DNA from: a virus
Taxonomy: Duplodnaviria; Caudoviricetes
DNA: 64,000 nucleotides
IMG/VR virus record: IMGVR_UViG_3300033068_001704
Coordinates: 64,001-128,000 of that record
Direction: 5' to 3' (one strand)
The position numbers and the translations under genes were made by a program. Each line of letters opens with the position of its first letter. The stretch's first letter is position 1. The notes below the pieces were generated by a model that saw only the letters and a list, made by a program, of their open reading frames with translations, was not told the DNA's origin and ran no database searches. Of this stretch, positions 38,771 through 47,668 are shown piece by piece.

Positions 38771-38794
38771 CCGCCTGGGTGCGTAACATCTCGG

Positions 38795-39082
38795 ATGAAC
38801 GAGAACGCCACCGAGACGCCGGTTCAGGTAGGTCACCAAGATCTCCGCACGCTCCTGATCTGCTCGGTCAGGTACTCGATGGGGCGCATGACCTACATGC
38901 CGTCCTACGTTCAGGACCTTGTGAAGGTTCACGTGGGGGTTCTCAGCGCCCAGGACCTCAACCAGTTCGCCTCTGATGTCGAGGAGTGCTCGGACGCGCG
39001 GCTGGGGATGGACTTCGACGCGGCGGGGTGGCGTCGGTTTGCGGAATGGTGCCGGAAGAAGGCGACCGAAGCCGTCCGCTAG
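38795..39082 (+). CDS. Hypothetical phage protein
   Basis: CSVRYSMGRMTYMPS motif; leaderless motif upstream. Confidence 0.65.
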   Translation: MNENATETPVQVGHQDLRTLLICSVRYSMGRMTYMPSYVQDLVKVHVGVLSAQDLNQFASDVEECSDARLGMDFDAAGWRRFAEWCRKKATEAVR

Positions 39083-39223
39083 CAACTCTATCCGCGTCGG
39101 CTGATAGCAGGGGGGTAGAAACCCTTCTGTCACCCGTTCCTTGTCCCGAAGGGCCCGGTTCATCGGGTCAGAAGAAGCGTAATGAACCGGGTTCAGCGTT
39201 CACGTGAGAGGAGCTGGAGAACA

Positions 39224-40729
39224 ATGAGAGCAAGTGTTTGGGGTTTCTTGTGTTTCGTGATGATCGGTTGTGTGGCCTCCGGCCCAGAGGCCGAGGTGAG
39301 TCTGGCGGAGCAGGATCTGCTCGGTGGGGCCAGCCTCGCATCTGTGGCGCGGGGGCGTGAGCTGTTTCGTCACGAGGCGATGGGCGGCAACGGTCGCACG
39401 TGTGAGTCCTGCCACACCACCGTCGAGCGCGCGATCGACGTCGGCTACCGGCGTGGTCGGCAGCTTGGGCTCAGCAAGCCGCAGGCTGCTCTCATGGGTC
39501 TCGACTTCGCGCAGCGCTTCGCCACGTTCGACCTCGCACCCGAGTTCGCTCGCGAGCTGTTCGCCCTCGACCCGAACGATGGGTTGTTCCGCACGATCGA
39601 TTCCGATGGGGGCAACAGCAACTCCTACGAGCTGGTTCAGCAGGGTCTCATCCGCATCCCGATGACGCTGCACCCGCGTGTGCAGGTGATCGGCTGTGGC
39701 GCACCGGGCTCGGACTGCGAAGTGCTGCCGAACGGTCAGCATCGAATCGTGGTTCTGCGGAGCCCGCCCACGACGCTGAACACCATCCTTCAGGAGGTCG
39801 ATGCGAACGCTCCGGGCCGCCCCGGCATGCTGATGTGGGACGCACGTGAGGTCGATGCGGTGACGCAGACCGGGAGCGCGTTCAACGATCACTTCGAGCG
39901 CACCGAGACGCCGACGCTCCAGCAGCTCGAAGACATCGCGGCCTTCGAACGCAACACTTTCACGGACCTGGCTTCTGCGTACTACGCGGTCACCGGGAAC
40001 GACCCCGGCCTTCCTCCGTGCACGACCCCGAGCGAGTGCCGCGGCCGGGAGTTCTTCATCGAACAGCCCATCCTCGCGAGTGACATGGCGCACCGTGGTC
40101 TCTGTGCGCAGTGTCACAGCGGACCTGCTCTCAACCGATCTGGCATCTTCCATCGCCTCCAGCCCCCGGTTCCCCCGGTCGGTTCGATCTGCCCCTGCCA
40201 GGACGGCAGCATGCCGGTCGCTGGGAACTGTGGGCTGTCGGTGCCGATGGAGGGCCCCATCGCAACGCCCATCGGGGCGATGTGCCTGCATCGCATCTCG
40301 GCGCCCAACGCGGACCCGCCGGGTCGCCCTGGGTTCATCGACCGCACCTTCGTCTGGGTGGATGTCCCCGGCTGGGGCACTCGCGTGATGCAGGGACACG
40401 ATCCTGGACGTGGTGGCATCACCGGCGACCCGTGCTCGGAGCTGTCGTCGCAGTGCCTCATCGCCAGTGCGAATCCCGCCGACCCCTCGCAGGGCGGTGG
40501 TGTCCTCGTTCCGATGTTCCGCATCGCCTCGCTTCGCGGAGCCGGCAGACGCACCCACTTCGATCACAGCAACATCGCGCTCACGCACCGTGAACAGGTG
40601 GACGACGTGGCGGATGGCTTCGCAGCGTTCGTCCCGCTGTTCCAGTCTCAAGGGGATCCGAACGCCACGGCGTTCCTGATGTCCGAGCAGGATCGCGAAG
40701 ACGTCGCGGCGTACCTGGGCCGCCTCTGA
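39224..40729 (+). CDS. Di-haem cytochrome c (peroxidase/MauG-like) lipoprotein
   Basis: Signal peptide with lipobox-like MIGC; CESCH and CAQCH; GRELF..GNGRTC, LMWD.R, DPGR, SLRG, C-terminal ED.AAYL. Confidence 0.75.
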   Translation: MRASVWGFLCFVMIGCVASGPEAEVSLAEQDLLGGASLASVARGRELFRHEAMGGNGRTCESCHTTVERAIDVGYRRGRQLGLSKPQAALMGLDFAQRFATFDLAPEFARELFALDPNDGLFRTIDSDGGNSNSYELVQQGLIRIPMTLHPRVQVIGCGAPGSDCEVLPNGQHRIVVLRSPPTTLNTILQEVDANAPGRPGMLMWDAREVDAVTQTGSAFNDHFERTETPTLQQLEDIAAFERNTFTDLASAYYAVTGNDPGLPPCTTPSECRGREFFIEQPILASDMAHRGLCAQCHSGPALNRSGIFHRLQPPVPPVGSICPCQDGSMPVAGNCGLSVPMEGPIATPIGAMCLHRISAPNADPPGRPGFIDRTFVWVDVPGWGTRVMQGHDPGRGGITGDPCSELSSQCLIASANPADPSQGGGVLVPMFRIASLRGAGRRTHFDHSNIALTHREQVDDVADGFAAFVPLFQSQGDPNATAFLMSEQDREDVAAYLGRL

Positions 40730-40747
40730 TCTCCCAACGGACCTAAC

Positions 40748-41839
40748 ATGGCATCCCCTTCCCGCGTCGCCTCTGAGTACCTGCATTCTCAGAGTGCGGC
40801 GCGGGTCGCGTCTAGGTTTCTGGTCTCGAAGACCTGGGGTTCAACCGAGAGGCTGATCGCGGACTACAGGTCGGCCCTGGGAATCTTCCGGGCCCATGTT
40901 GAAGAACAGCGCACCCGTACTGACGGAAGTCCGAACAACCTGCTTCTCGCCTACAAGCTCACCCCCGCGGTGAAGGCAGGGCGAGAGCTGGTGGAGTGGA
41001 TCGTTCAGACGCGTGCGATCCCGACCGCGAAGGCGAAGTCGATGGAGATGGCGGCACGGACGCTTGGTGCGATCCGGAAGTCGCCCCCCGACATCATCGC
41101 CTGGACCGACAAGAACGGCGCGAGGCTCGACTTCCTTCTGGAAGCAGCGACCTGGCCGGAGCGGTCTGCGGAGGGTGAGATCATCACTGTCGGTCCCCTC
41201 AAGGTCCACAACACGACCGGGGCGACCGAAAAGCAGTTCTCGGACATCCAGAAGCTCGTCGAGAGCACAGTCCGAATCATGACCTCGACGCTGGACTACA
41301 AGAAGGTCCTCTACGGGGACGTGTACGTCGTCGGGCAGCTCAAGCAGGCCACGACGGTCGCCTGGTACAACGTCAATGACGACGATGTCTACCTTCGGTC
41401 GATGGCGAAGAAGGGTGAAGACGACGTCCAGAACCTCATCCATGAGTTCGGGCATCGGTACTGGCACAAGGTCATGACCCCGACGGCCAAGAAGGCGATC
41501 GGGACGATCTACACCACGTTGAAGTACGTGGGTGGGGCGGAGAAGGTGGTGTACCCGAAGGTCGGGGACCCGCTTCCTATCCCGGTCAAGGGCCAGAAAG
41601 AGCGCCCGATCATCACTGGGTACAACGGGCTGTACTACACCCTCTCGACGGGTGGGGCCGCGAAGGTCTCCCAGGTCCACAAGATCCTGCAAGAGATCTC
41701 GATGGAGTCCCGGTTCCCGTCGCGGTACGCAGCGACCAGCATCGACGAGTTCTTCTCCGAATGCTTCTCGTTCTACGCCCTCGACCAGAAGCTCACCCCC
41801 AGGCTTCGCGAGCAGTTCGAGGAAGCGCTCCGAGCGTAG
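40748..41839 (+). CDS. Zincin (lethal-factor-like) metallopeptidase, RVAS-tagged paralogue
   Basis: LIHEFGHRYW plus PSRYAATSIDEFFSECF; N-terminal SRVASEYL and ARVASRFL. Confidence 0.75.
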   Translation: MASPSRVASEYLHSQSAARVASRFLVSKTWGSTERLIADYRSALGIFRAHVEEQRTRTDGSPNNLLLAYKLTPAVKAGRELVEWIVQTRAIPTAKAKSMEMAARTLGAIRKSPPDIIAWTDKNGARLDFLLEAATWPERSAEGEIITVGPLKVHNTTGATEKQFSDIQKLVESTVRIMTSTLDYKKVLYGDVYVVGQLKQATTVAWYNVNDDDVYLRSMAKKGEDDVQNLIHEFGHRYWHKVMTPTAKKAIGTIYTTLKYVGGAEKVVYPKVGDPLPIPVKGQKERPIITGYNGLYYTLSTGGAAKVSQVHKILQEISMESRFPSRYAATSIDEFFSECFSFYALDQKLTPRLREQFEEALRA

Positions 41840-41860
41840 GGTCCTCTCGGAGGTCCCCCT

Positions 41861-42073
41861 ATGTACAAGGTCCCGTTCCGGCAGGTCTACTGCCACACGT
41901 TCATCGACTGCCTGCGAAGCACCTTCTGGTGCCACGTTGTCACCCGTATCTTCCCCGGAGCGGCAGACCTCGCGTCTGACTCCCTGCGTGACTGCTACGC
42001 GGAGCGCCCCGACATGATGTACGAGCAGTACAAGCATGTCTGGGTCGGCAACGAGCACGCCCCGAAGGCCTGA
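41861..42073 (+). CDS. Small hypothetical protein
   Basis: GGAGG SD; codon bias. Confidence 0.6.
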   Translation: MYKVPFRQVYCHTFIDCLRSTFWCHVVTRIFPGAADLASDSLRDCYAERPDMMYEQYKHVWVGNEHAPKA

Positions 42074-42076
42074 TCT

Positions 42077-42115
42077 GGAGAGGACGGGTGGCCTTCGATG
42101 CCACCCGTCCTTCTC
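42077..42115. terminator. Hairpin between convergent genes (probable bidirectional terminator)
   Basis: AGGACGGGTGGC-loop-GCCACCCGTCCT. Confidence 0.65.
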
Positions 42116-42122
42116 AAGGTGA

Positions 42123-42605
42123 TCAGCCAGGGGTCTGTACCGAAACCTGAGCTGAAGTCTCCCCATCAGGGATGGACCAGCGTTCCAGCACGGTGCTCAG
42201 ACCTGTCTCCCAGTCCCGTTCCAGGACGAGGGCAGGGATGCCCTCATTCGCCGACTGGGTCGCCGCTCTCTGCGCTTTCGGGAAGAGCGTGTTCTGTGTG
42301 AGCGACTCCTTGGTCGCTTCGATGGCGGCATAGAACAAGCGTGGCTTCACTGCCTTGCTCTTCTTCGCCTTGGGCTCCCGAATCGGCTGGATGTGGGTCA
42401 GGGCGATGCAGGAAGCTTCCCCCTCCACCCACACAACAGCGGAGTGACCCATCTCCTGCGCCCCACTCCGGGTCTTGCTGAGCTTGCCCTCCCCCTCGCG
42501 GAGGAAGGTCCAGTATCGCACCGGGGTGCCGATCGGGTTCTTGGTGTTGAACTTGTCGGCCAAGCGTTGAGCGCGGGCCCTTCGTTGTTCTTCTCTGGTC
42601 GCCAT
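42123..42605 (-). CDS. Hypothetical protein
   Basis: GGGGAG SD on the minus strand; FN...PIGTPVRYW motif. Confidence 0.65.
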   Translation of the reverse strand: MATREEQRRARAQRLADKFNTKNPIGTPVRYWTFLREGEGKLSKTRSGAQEMGHSAVVWVEGEASCIALTHIQPIREPKAKKSKAVKPRLFYAAIEATKESLTQNTLFPKAQRAATQSANEGIPALVLERDWETGLSTVLERWSIPDGETSAQVSVQTPG

Positions 42606-42623
42606 TGCACTCCCCCCTCACGA

Positions 42624-42905
42624 TCAGTGTCTGATCGTGCAGTCCTTTAGCCATCCGCAACAGATCACGCCTTCCACCTCGCGGATCGAGGTGGATCCAT
42701 CGGGGTTGACGATGGTGCGACTGGCCGTCCAGTTGGATCCGAACGTGTCGCCTTCGGAGCACCCGAAGAACGCGACGCCCGTGACCTGAACGTTGTGGAA
42801 CCCCTCGTCCTCCAGGGCTTCGCGCGCTGTGTCTTCAGACACCGGGAGCGTGCAGGCCGTGAGGAGGGTCAGGGTCGAGGCGATGAGGAAGAGCTTCTTG
42901 GTCAT
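42624..42905 (-). CDS. Small lipoprotein
   Basis: MTKKLFLIASTLTLLTAC lipobox; FFGCS..D and VICCGWLKDC motifs. Confidence 0.75.
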   Translation of the reverse strand: MTKKLFLIASTLTLLTACTLPVSEDTAREALEDEGFHNVQVTGVAFFGCSEGDTFGSNWTASRTIVNPDGSTSIREVEGVICCGWLKDCTIRH

Positions 42906-42913
42906 GCGCGACC

Positions 42914-43405
42914 TTACGCCTGCGACCCCGAGGGGGACATGTCGTCGATGAGCGAGTCGAAGTCGTGCCGGGAGTAGACGTAGGAGCCCCGCTTGCCACG
43001 ACGGGAGATCTTGCCGCTCTGCGTCATGCGGTACAGGGCGCTCTGGATGGACTTCGGCCGCGTGAAGGAGTCCTTCACGATGACACGCGCCATGATGTCG
43101 CCTTCCTCCACGGTGATGACGGAGGGGTTGCTGAAGATCTCTTCCACGACCTCGTGGGTGATGGCAGCCACGTTCATCTGACGGCCGCGGGTGAGGCTCT
43201 CCTGCGGGTCGAGGCCGACCGACTTGAGGATGGCAGCGAGACGGTCCGTATCCATCTCCACCTTCTTCAGCTCTGCTTCGATCCGTTCCCGCTCCTTGGT
43301 GAGATGCGTTCGCATCTCGGAAAGGGCTGCGTACCCGATCCTCGCATCGCGTAGGAACGCGTCGAAGTCGAACCGGCTCTCGATCTCTTCATTTTCGATG
43401 GGCAT
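42914..43405 (-). CDS. Coiled-coil plus winged-HTH-like protein
   Basis: SIQSALYRM...GKISRRG..G.Y; ATG 10 nt after the minus-strand GCGTAAG. Confidence 0.6.
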   Translation of the reverse strand: MPIENEEIESRFDFDAFLRDARIGYAALSEMRTHLTKERERIEAELKKVEMDTDRLAAILKSVGLDPQESLTRGRQMNVAAITHEVVEEIFSNPSVITVEEGDIMARVIVKDSFTRPKSIQSALYRMTQSGKISRRGKRGSYVYSRHDFDSLIDDMSPSGSQA

Positions 43406-43411
43406 GCTTCT

Positions 43412-43428
43412 CTTACGCCGCGTGTAAG
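43412..43428. promoter_or_regulatory. Back-to-back divergent GCGTAAG/GTGTAAG motifs
   Basis: CTTACGCCGCGTGTAAG between divergent starts at 43405(-) and 43436(+). Confidence 0.6.
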
Positions 43429-43435
43429 GTCCCCT

Positions 43436-43891
43436 GTGAGACACATTTCACTTTCCCAGGTGGATCTTTCGTCACCCAGCCCCTCGTTCGTTGTGCCTGA
43501 GGATCCGGACGATCTGTTCACGGCCATCCTCTCGCACATCGAGGGGAAGTACCTGAACCAGAGGAACGATGAGAGAACCCGCTACGTGATGCGGGGGGCC
43601 ATCCGTGGGATGATCCAGCATGCCTGCCAGGCGTACGGGATCGACCGAGGGGGGCTGCTTGCTATCGGGGTCTCGGAGAGTCGGCAAGCCCCTCAGGCGC
43701 TCACGCTCACGCCCACCGTCGCGGGCGTCGAGTGGAAGTACCTCACCTTCGAGGTTCGGGAGATGGTGGACCGAACCCCCCATGGGACCCTGATCATCGC
43801 GAAGTACGATCGAGACCAGGGCTGGGGGAAGTCTCAGTTGGAGGCGGCGGTCGATCTGTTCGAGAGAAGAGCCGACCGCACCGGGGGCTAG
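43436..43891 (+). CDS. Hypothetical protein
   Basis: GTG 11 nt after the motif T. Confidence 0.55.
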   Translation: MRHISLSQVDLSSPSPSFVVPEDPDDLFTAILSHIEGKYLNQRNDERTRYVMRGAIRGMIQHACQAYGIDRGGLLAIGVSESRQAPQALTLTPTVAGVEWKYLTFEVREMVDRTPHGTLIIAKYDRDQGWGKSQLEAAVDLFERRADRTGG

Positions 43892-43956
43892 AGAAAATCC
43901 CCCTGAGGGGGGTAAAAAGAACCTCTCCGCTCGTTCCTACTTCGGAGGGGTTCAAC

Positions 43957-44733
43957 ATGATCAGATCGTTTCTACTCGCGGCGCTCGTCGCCCTGGTTCC
44001 CGTTCAGGCCTTCGCTCAGGAGAGGCCGGTGGCCGAGGCCCAGCATCTCTACGAGCTGGGTGTGATCTCCTACGAGCGGCAGGAGTGGGCACGGTGTGCC
44101 GACTTCTTCGAGCGGAGCTTCACCCTGGTGTTCGCGCCTGAGCTGCTGTTCAACATCGGTCGCTGCCACGCGCGAGAGGGCGGGGCCACCGGTGAGATCG
44201 ATTCGCTTCAGCGGGCTATCTTGGCGTACGCCCGGTACCTCCGTGAGCCGGTGACGATGGAGCCGAGCGAGCGCGCTGAGGTCGAGGCGGAGGTTGCGCG
44301 GATCCGAGCCAGGGTGGCAGAGATCCGGGCCTCGGTGCTCCCCATCGAACGACAGACGGTTGTCCCGGTCGTGGTGGTGGAAGAGCCGCAGGTCGAAGCC
44401 CCGCTCGCCGAAGAGACTCGGGTCGAGACCTCCCCCGAGGTGTTCGCGGTGGAGGCCCCGACTTCGGCCGAGTTCGGGTTCTCAGGCACGGTGACTGGAG
44501 CTGCCCTCACAGGGGTCTCTCTCATCACGGCGATCATCCTGGGGGTCGTGGCTCAGGAACGCTACGAGACCCTCGCGGAGACGTGTGGTCGTTCCCCTGA
44601 GGGGTGCTCGGCTGGTCAGATCCAAGAGGTCGATTCTCTCGGGGTGGCTGCCAACGCGATGTTCGGGGTGAGCGGCGCGCTCGCGGCAGGGACCGGGGTC
44701 ATGTTCGGGTTGGAGGTCTCTGGATCGTTCTGA
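43957..44733 (+). CDS. Secreted/membrane TPR protein of myxobacterial type
   Basis: Signal peptide ending AFA-Q; TPR-like LYELG...F.RSF...PELLFNIGRC; C-terminal hydrophobic helices flanking a C..C loop. Confidence 0.7.
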   Translation: MIRSFLLAALVALVPVQAFAQERPVAEAQHLYELGVISYERQEWARCADFFERSFTLVFAPELLFNIGRCHAREGGATGEIDSLQRAILAYARYLREPVTMEPSERAEVEAEVARIRARVAEIRASVLPIERQTVVPVVVVEEPQVEAPLAEETRVETSPEVFAVEAPTSAEFGFSGTVTGAALTGVSLITAIILGVVAQERYETLAETCGRSPEGCSAGQIQEVDSLGVAANAMFGVSGALAAGTGVMFGLEVSGSF

Positions 44734-44787
44734 GCTGGGTCCTCTCTGCCTTGGGTGGGTGTAACGACCCACACCCTGAAGGTAGAG

Positions 44788-47256
44788 ATGACCCAAACCA
44801 CCAAATTCGCCCTCCGCAACTTCGCAGGTAAGCCGGTCCGATTCTTCCGTGTCGAGCGGGATGACCTCACGTCCCAGGCGCCGACTCCGGTCAAGAACCC
44901 CACCCACCACATCGTCGTCATCGACCGCTCCGGTTCGATGTACGGGGAGATGGAGGACATCAAGACCACGGCCGAGAAGATCTTCACGCTCGAAGAGTTC
45001 AACGACCCGACGATGCGCGTGTCGCTCGTCTCCTACTCGTCGAAGGGAGACGTCACGCTCCACTTCTCTCACGTCACGGTCGGCGACGTGATGAAGGGGG
45101 GAAGCCCCCACCTGAAGTCGATCCGAGCGATCCGAGCGACCGCCCTCACCTGCATCTCGCAGGGTCTCGCTCTCGCTGAGACGCTCGTGGACGACAAGGA
45201 GACGACCTGCATCACGCTCCACACGGACGGATTCGCGAACGACTCGTCCCCGACGGCCGAGGCGCGGGACATCCAGTCCGTCATCGCGAAGCTCAAGACG
45301 CACCCGGCTGTGTTCGTGAACACGGTCGCACATCGTGGCTGGTGTGACTTCGGGCTGATGTCGTCGATCTCGAACCAGCTCTCGGGCGTCTGCATCCAGG
45401 CAACGGACACACGCCAGGTCTACAACGCCTTCTACGACGGGATGAAGCTCCTGTCGGGAACGATGACACCCGCCCTGGAGGCGAGCCCCGGCGGCGCCTC
45501 GTACATGACCTTCGTGTCGAAGTCGGCGAAGAAGGTGCTCGGAACGGGTGACAACATCGTCATCCGCGGCCTCGCAGCAACGGACGATCGCGCCCTCTTC
45601 CGCTACTACGACGTCACCGAGGAGGAGTACGAGAAGATCCCCGGCGAGGAAGTCCTCAACAGCCGTGCGGTCTTCGCGTACTGTCGGACCCAGCTCGCCG
45701 AGGGACGGATCAACGCGGCGAAGTACGCCCTCGTTGCGACGCGCCATGAGGAACTCCTGAGCGTCCACGCGCGAGCGCTTGTCTCGTCGGATGTCGCCGC
45801 TTTCGCTCGGGCCGTCGAAGATCAGCTCTTCATCCCCTACGACAGCGAGATCGACGCAACCCCGCTGTACAAGACGACCCCGAGCTTCGGCCTGCCGGCA
45901 ACCGGCCCGTCCGTCCTGCGTGTCCTGTCGGTCCTCGACAAGCACGCGAAGAGCCTCGCGGTGAACCTCCCGTTCCTGCTCGCGGGCTACAAGCGCCGGG
46001 GGGTGAAGCGCGTCCCCGGGGCCCGCAAGGAGGATGGCACGATCGAGATCCCCGTGGCCGAGTCTCGCTACCGCAACCAGGACGAGTGGGTCTCGGTCAA
46101 CGGGTTCGAGATCAACCGGAACACGGCGACGATCAACATGCTCGTGAGCCAGCCGATCGATCTCTTCCTGATCGGTGGGACGGAGAAGATCGAGCAGGTG
46201 GCCGGGGTCAGTCTCGATGGCCTCCGGTCGTTCAACAACTACACGCTCGTGGGCGATGGTTCGCTGAACGTCCAGCAGCTCATGGTCCGGACCTCGGACA
46301 AGCGCTGCTGGAAGGAGCTGAAGGACCTCGGACTCGTCGAGGGGGAGTACAAGCCCAACGAGCCGTTCGCGCTCGGGTTCTCGAACCTCCCGCTCGTGGA
46401 CTACGACGTGACCTTCGATGCGATCTCCCCCGATGAGATCAAGGAAGTCGCACGTCTCACGGTGCTGTCGAAGATCCTCTCGGGGATGACGAAGGGGGAG
46501 AGCGCTTCTCTCACCGGGGAGCAGATCTCCGAGCTGAAGAAGATCTACCTCACCCCCGCGCTCAACTTCTCGCCCCCGACCACCACGGAGTACGCGAACC
46601 TCGACGAGGCCATCGCGCAGGGCAAGATCGACACCCGCCTGTCGTACAAGATCGACATCGGGTACCCGGCTCTGACCTCGGTCTCGAAGCTCAAGTCGGG
46701 CAACGAGTACCTTCAGCGTCGGTTCACGGTCAAGACGCTCGACAAGGAAGTCGAGAAGCCGACGCTTCGTGATGCCGCGTTCCCTGGTGCGAAGATCGGT
46801 CTGAAGACGCTCAGCGCCCGTACCACCCTCGACGAGGTGGATGCGCTCTCGATGCCTGTGTACGAGAGCTTCTTCGGGACCTCGGGCACGGAGGAAGTGA
46901 CCCGGCTCCTGACCCTCGCGGGGCACGACGATCCGGCGGACTTCTTCAAGACCATCCGGACCGGAGAGGCGGACGATGTCGTGGTGGCGGCTTCGGAGGC
47001 CCTCTCGTGCATCGAGAAGACCATCGAGTCGTTCTACGACCGCGTTCGCCCGCTCGCCTTCTACGTCGGTGCGACCGGTCTCGTGCCGGACTCCCTGAAC
47101 GCGGCGGCGATGACGGCGGACCAGTTCCTCGCAGCCCACCCGAGCGCCAAGCTCGCGAAGGCGGAGAAGGAGGAGGGCACGTTCTTCGTGCTCCCGAACG
47201 GTCTGGTCGTGACGGTCTACGTGAAGGGCGAGCACTTCACGGTCACCCAGGCGTGA
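44788..47256 (+). CDS. Large vWA (MIDAS) domain protein
   Basis: IVVIDRSGSM (DxSxS), TCISQGL, LHTDG; strong codon bias; own terminator. Confidence 0.8.
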   Translation: MTQTTKFALRNFAGKPVRFFRVERDDLTSQAPTPVKNPTHHIVVIDRSGSMYGEMEDIKTTAEKIFTLEEFNDPTMRVSLVSYSSKGDVTLHFSHVTVGDVMKGGSPHLKSIRAIRATALTCISQGLALAETLVDDKETTCITLHTDGFANDSSPTAEARDIQSVIAKLKTHPAVFVNTVAHRGWCDFGLMSSISNQLSGVCIQATDTRQVYNAFYDGMKLLSGTMTPALEASPGGASYMTFVSKSAKKVLGTGDNIVIRGLAATDDRALFRYYDVTEEEYEKIPGEEVLNSRAVFAYCRTQLAEGRINAAKYALVATRHEELLSVHARALVSSDVAAFARAVEDQLFIPYDSEIDATPLYKTTPSFGLPATGPSVLRVLSVLDKHAKSLAVNLPFLLAGYKRRGVKRVPGARKEDGTIEIPVAESRYRNQDEWVSVNGFEINRNTATINMLVSQPIDLFLIGGTEKIEQVAGVSLDGLRSFNNYTLVGDGSLNVQQLMVRTSDKRCWKELKDLGLVEGEYKPNEPFALGFSNLPLVDYDVTFDAISPDEIKEVARLTVLSKILSGMTKGESASLTGEQISELKKIYLTPALNFSPPTTTEYANLDEAIAQGKIDTRLSYKIDIGYPALTSVSKLKSGNEYLQRRFTVKTLDKEVEKPTLRDAAFPGAKIGLKTLSARTTLDEVDALSMPVYESFFGTSGTEEVTRLLTLAGHDDPADFFKTIRTGEADDVVVAASEALSCIEKTIESFYDRVRPLAFYVGATGLVPDSLNAAAMTADQFLAAHPSAKLAKAEKEEGTFFVLPNGLVVTVYVKGEHFTVTQA

Positions 47257-47278
47257 CCTGATCCTTAGATCTCAGGTG

Positions 47279-47315
47279 GAAGGCCGGCAGGGAAACCTGT
47301 CGGCCTTTCGTGTTT
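47279..47315 (+). terminator. Intrinsic terminator
   Basis: AAGGCCGGCAGG-GAAA-CCTGTCGGCCTT followed by TCGTGTTT. Confidence 0.75.
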
Positions 47316-47331
47316 GGGCGTAAGAGGCTGC

Positions 47332-47667
47332 ATGAAGCTTCCGACGACGTTCCACGCTCTTGGGGCCCCCATCACCGTGGAAGAGCAGGATCTTCAGGGA
47401 CAGGGGCTAGGGTTCTGGGACGAGTCCACTCGAACGATCGTCATCGAGAAGAACCAGCCCGCGATGGGGAAGCTCATCACCCTCGTCCATGAGGCGATGC
47501 ACGTGGTTGAGACGATGATGATCGAGAACGGGGCAATCAAGCGTCGCGTCTCCCACGACTTCATCACCGGGAGTGCGTTCGCACTCGCCACGATCCTCGT
47601 CCACACTGGGGCGATCGAGGGTGTCACCCCGGAAGACTGGGCGGCATTCGTCAAGGAACAGGGCTGA
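47332..47667 (+). CDS. Small HExxH metallopeptidase-like protein
   Basis: TLVHEAMH; leaderless motif upstream. Confidence 0.65.
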   Translation: MKLPTTFHALGAPITVEEQDLQGQGLGFWDESTRTIVIEKNQPAMGKLITLVHEAMHVVETMMIENGAIKRRVSHDFITGSAFALATILVHTGAIEGVTPEDWAAFVKEQG

Positions 47668-47668
47668 T

